Assembly: GCA_043228905.1 (NCBI GenBank)
Contig: JBHGNT010000003.1
Location: 6,448,001 to 6,512,000 of the forward strand
DNA length: 64,000 bases
Source of the DNA: Azolla caroliniana
Taxonomy: Eukaryota > Plantae > Polypodiophyta
Direction of reading: 5' to 3'
Below the pieces are notes generated by a model that was not told the DNA's origin, ran no database searches, and saw only the letters and a program-made list of their open reading frames with translations. A program made the position numbers and the translations under genes. The stretch's first letter is position 1. Each line of letters starts with the position of its first letter. This document shows positions 63,747 to 64,000 of this stretch, one piece after another.

Positions 63747-64000
63747 TATAAAACCAACATGTTAATGTATCGTTTAAGGCTCAACAACCATATATAAGCT
63801 GTTTTTGTATGTACAAGTTTAGGTGTACATACATTACGTTGTAAACCTACGGGCAGATAACTTTCACTTGTACTTTCTCGATGTTTTAATACTGTTGAAG
63901 AAAATCTTTCAGGGAAAAGAAAAAAGAAAAAAAAGGGGTTAGCTAGAGGAACAATCTGAACTTGGTATCGTGAGAACACCATGAAGTCACATCCTAAACT

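Overview
AT-rich, intron-containing land-plant nuclear DNA; the PPR architecture suggests a fern (inference). Six probable host genes: a phosphoglycerate-mutase-like histidine phosphatase (-), a carboxylesterase (-), an NDUFAF7-type arginine methyltransferase (+), a PLS-class PPR protein with an N-terminal OSB-type WWDNR/PDF motif (-), a divergent GAUT/GT8 glycosyltransferase (+) and a type II H+-pyrophosphatase (-). Between them lie a very young full-length Ty1/copia element with an RNase H frameshift, a Mutator element (9-bp TSD, apparent captured host promoter) nested in a hAT MITE (8-bp TSD), a second hAT MITE inside a decayed LINE, a tRNA-derived SINE, LINE/copia/PPR relics, microsatellites and many local tandem duplications. 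The best candidate for under-described biology is the fusion of an ssDNA-binding PDF motif to an RNA-editing-type PPR array. All exon boundaries and alignments were made by eye, and family assignments come from recalled motifs, not database searches.
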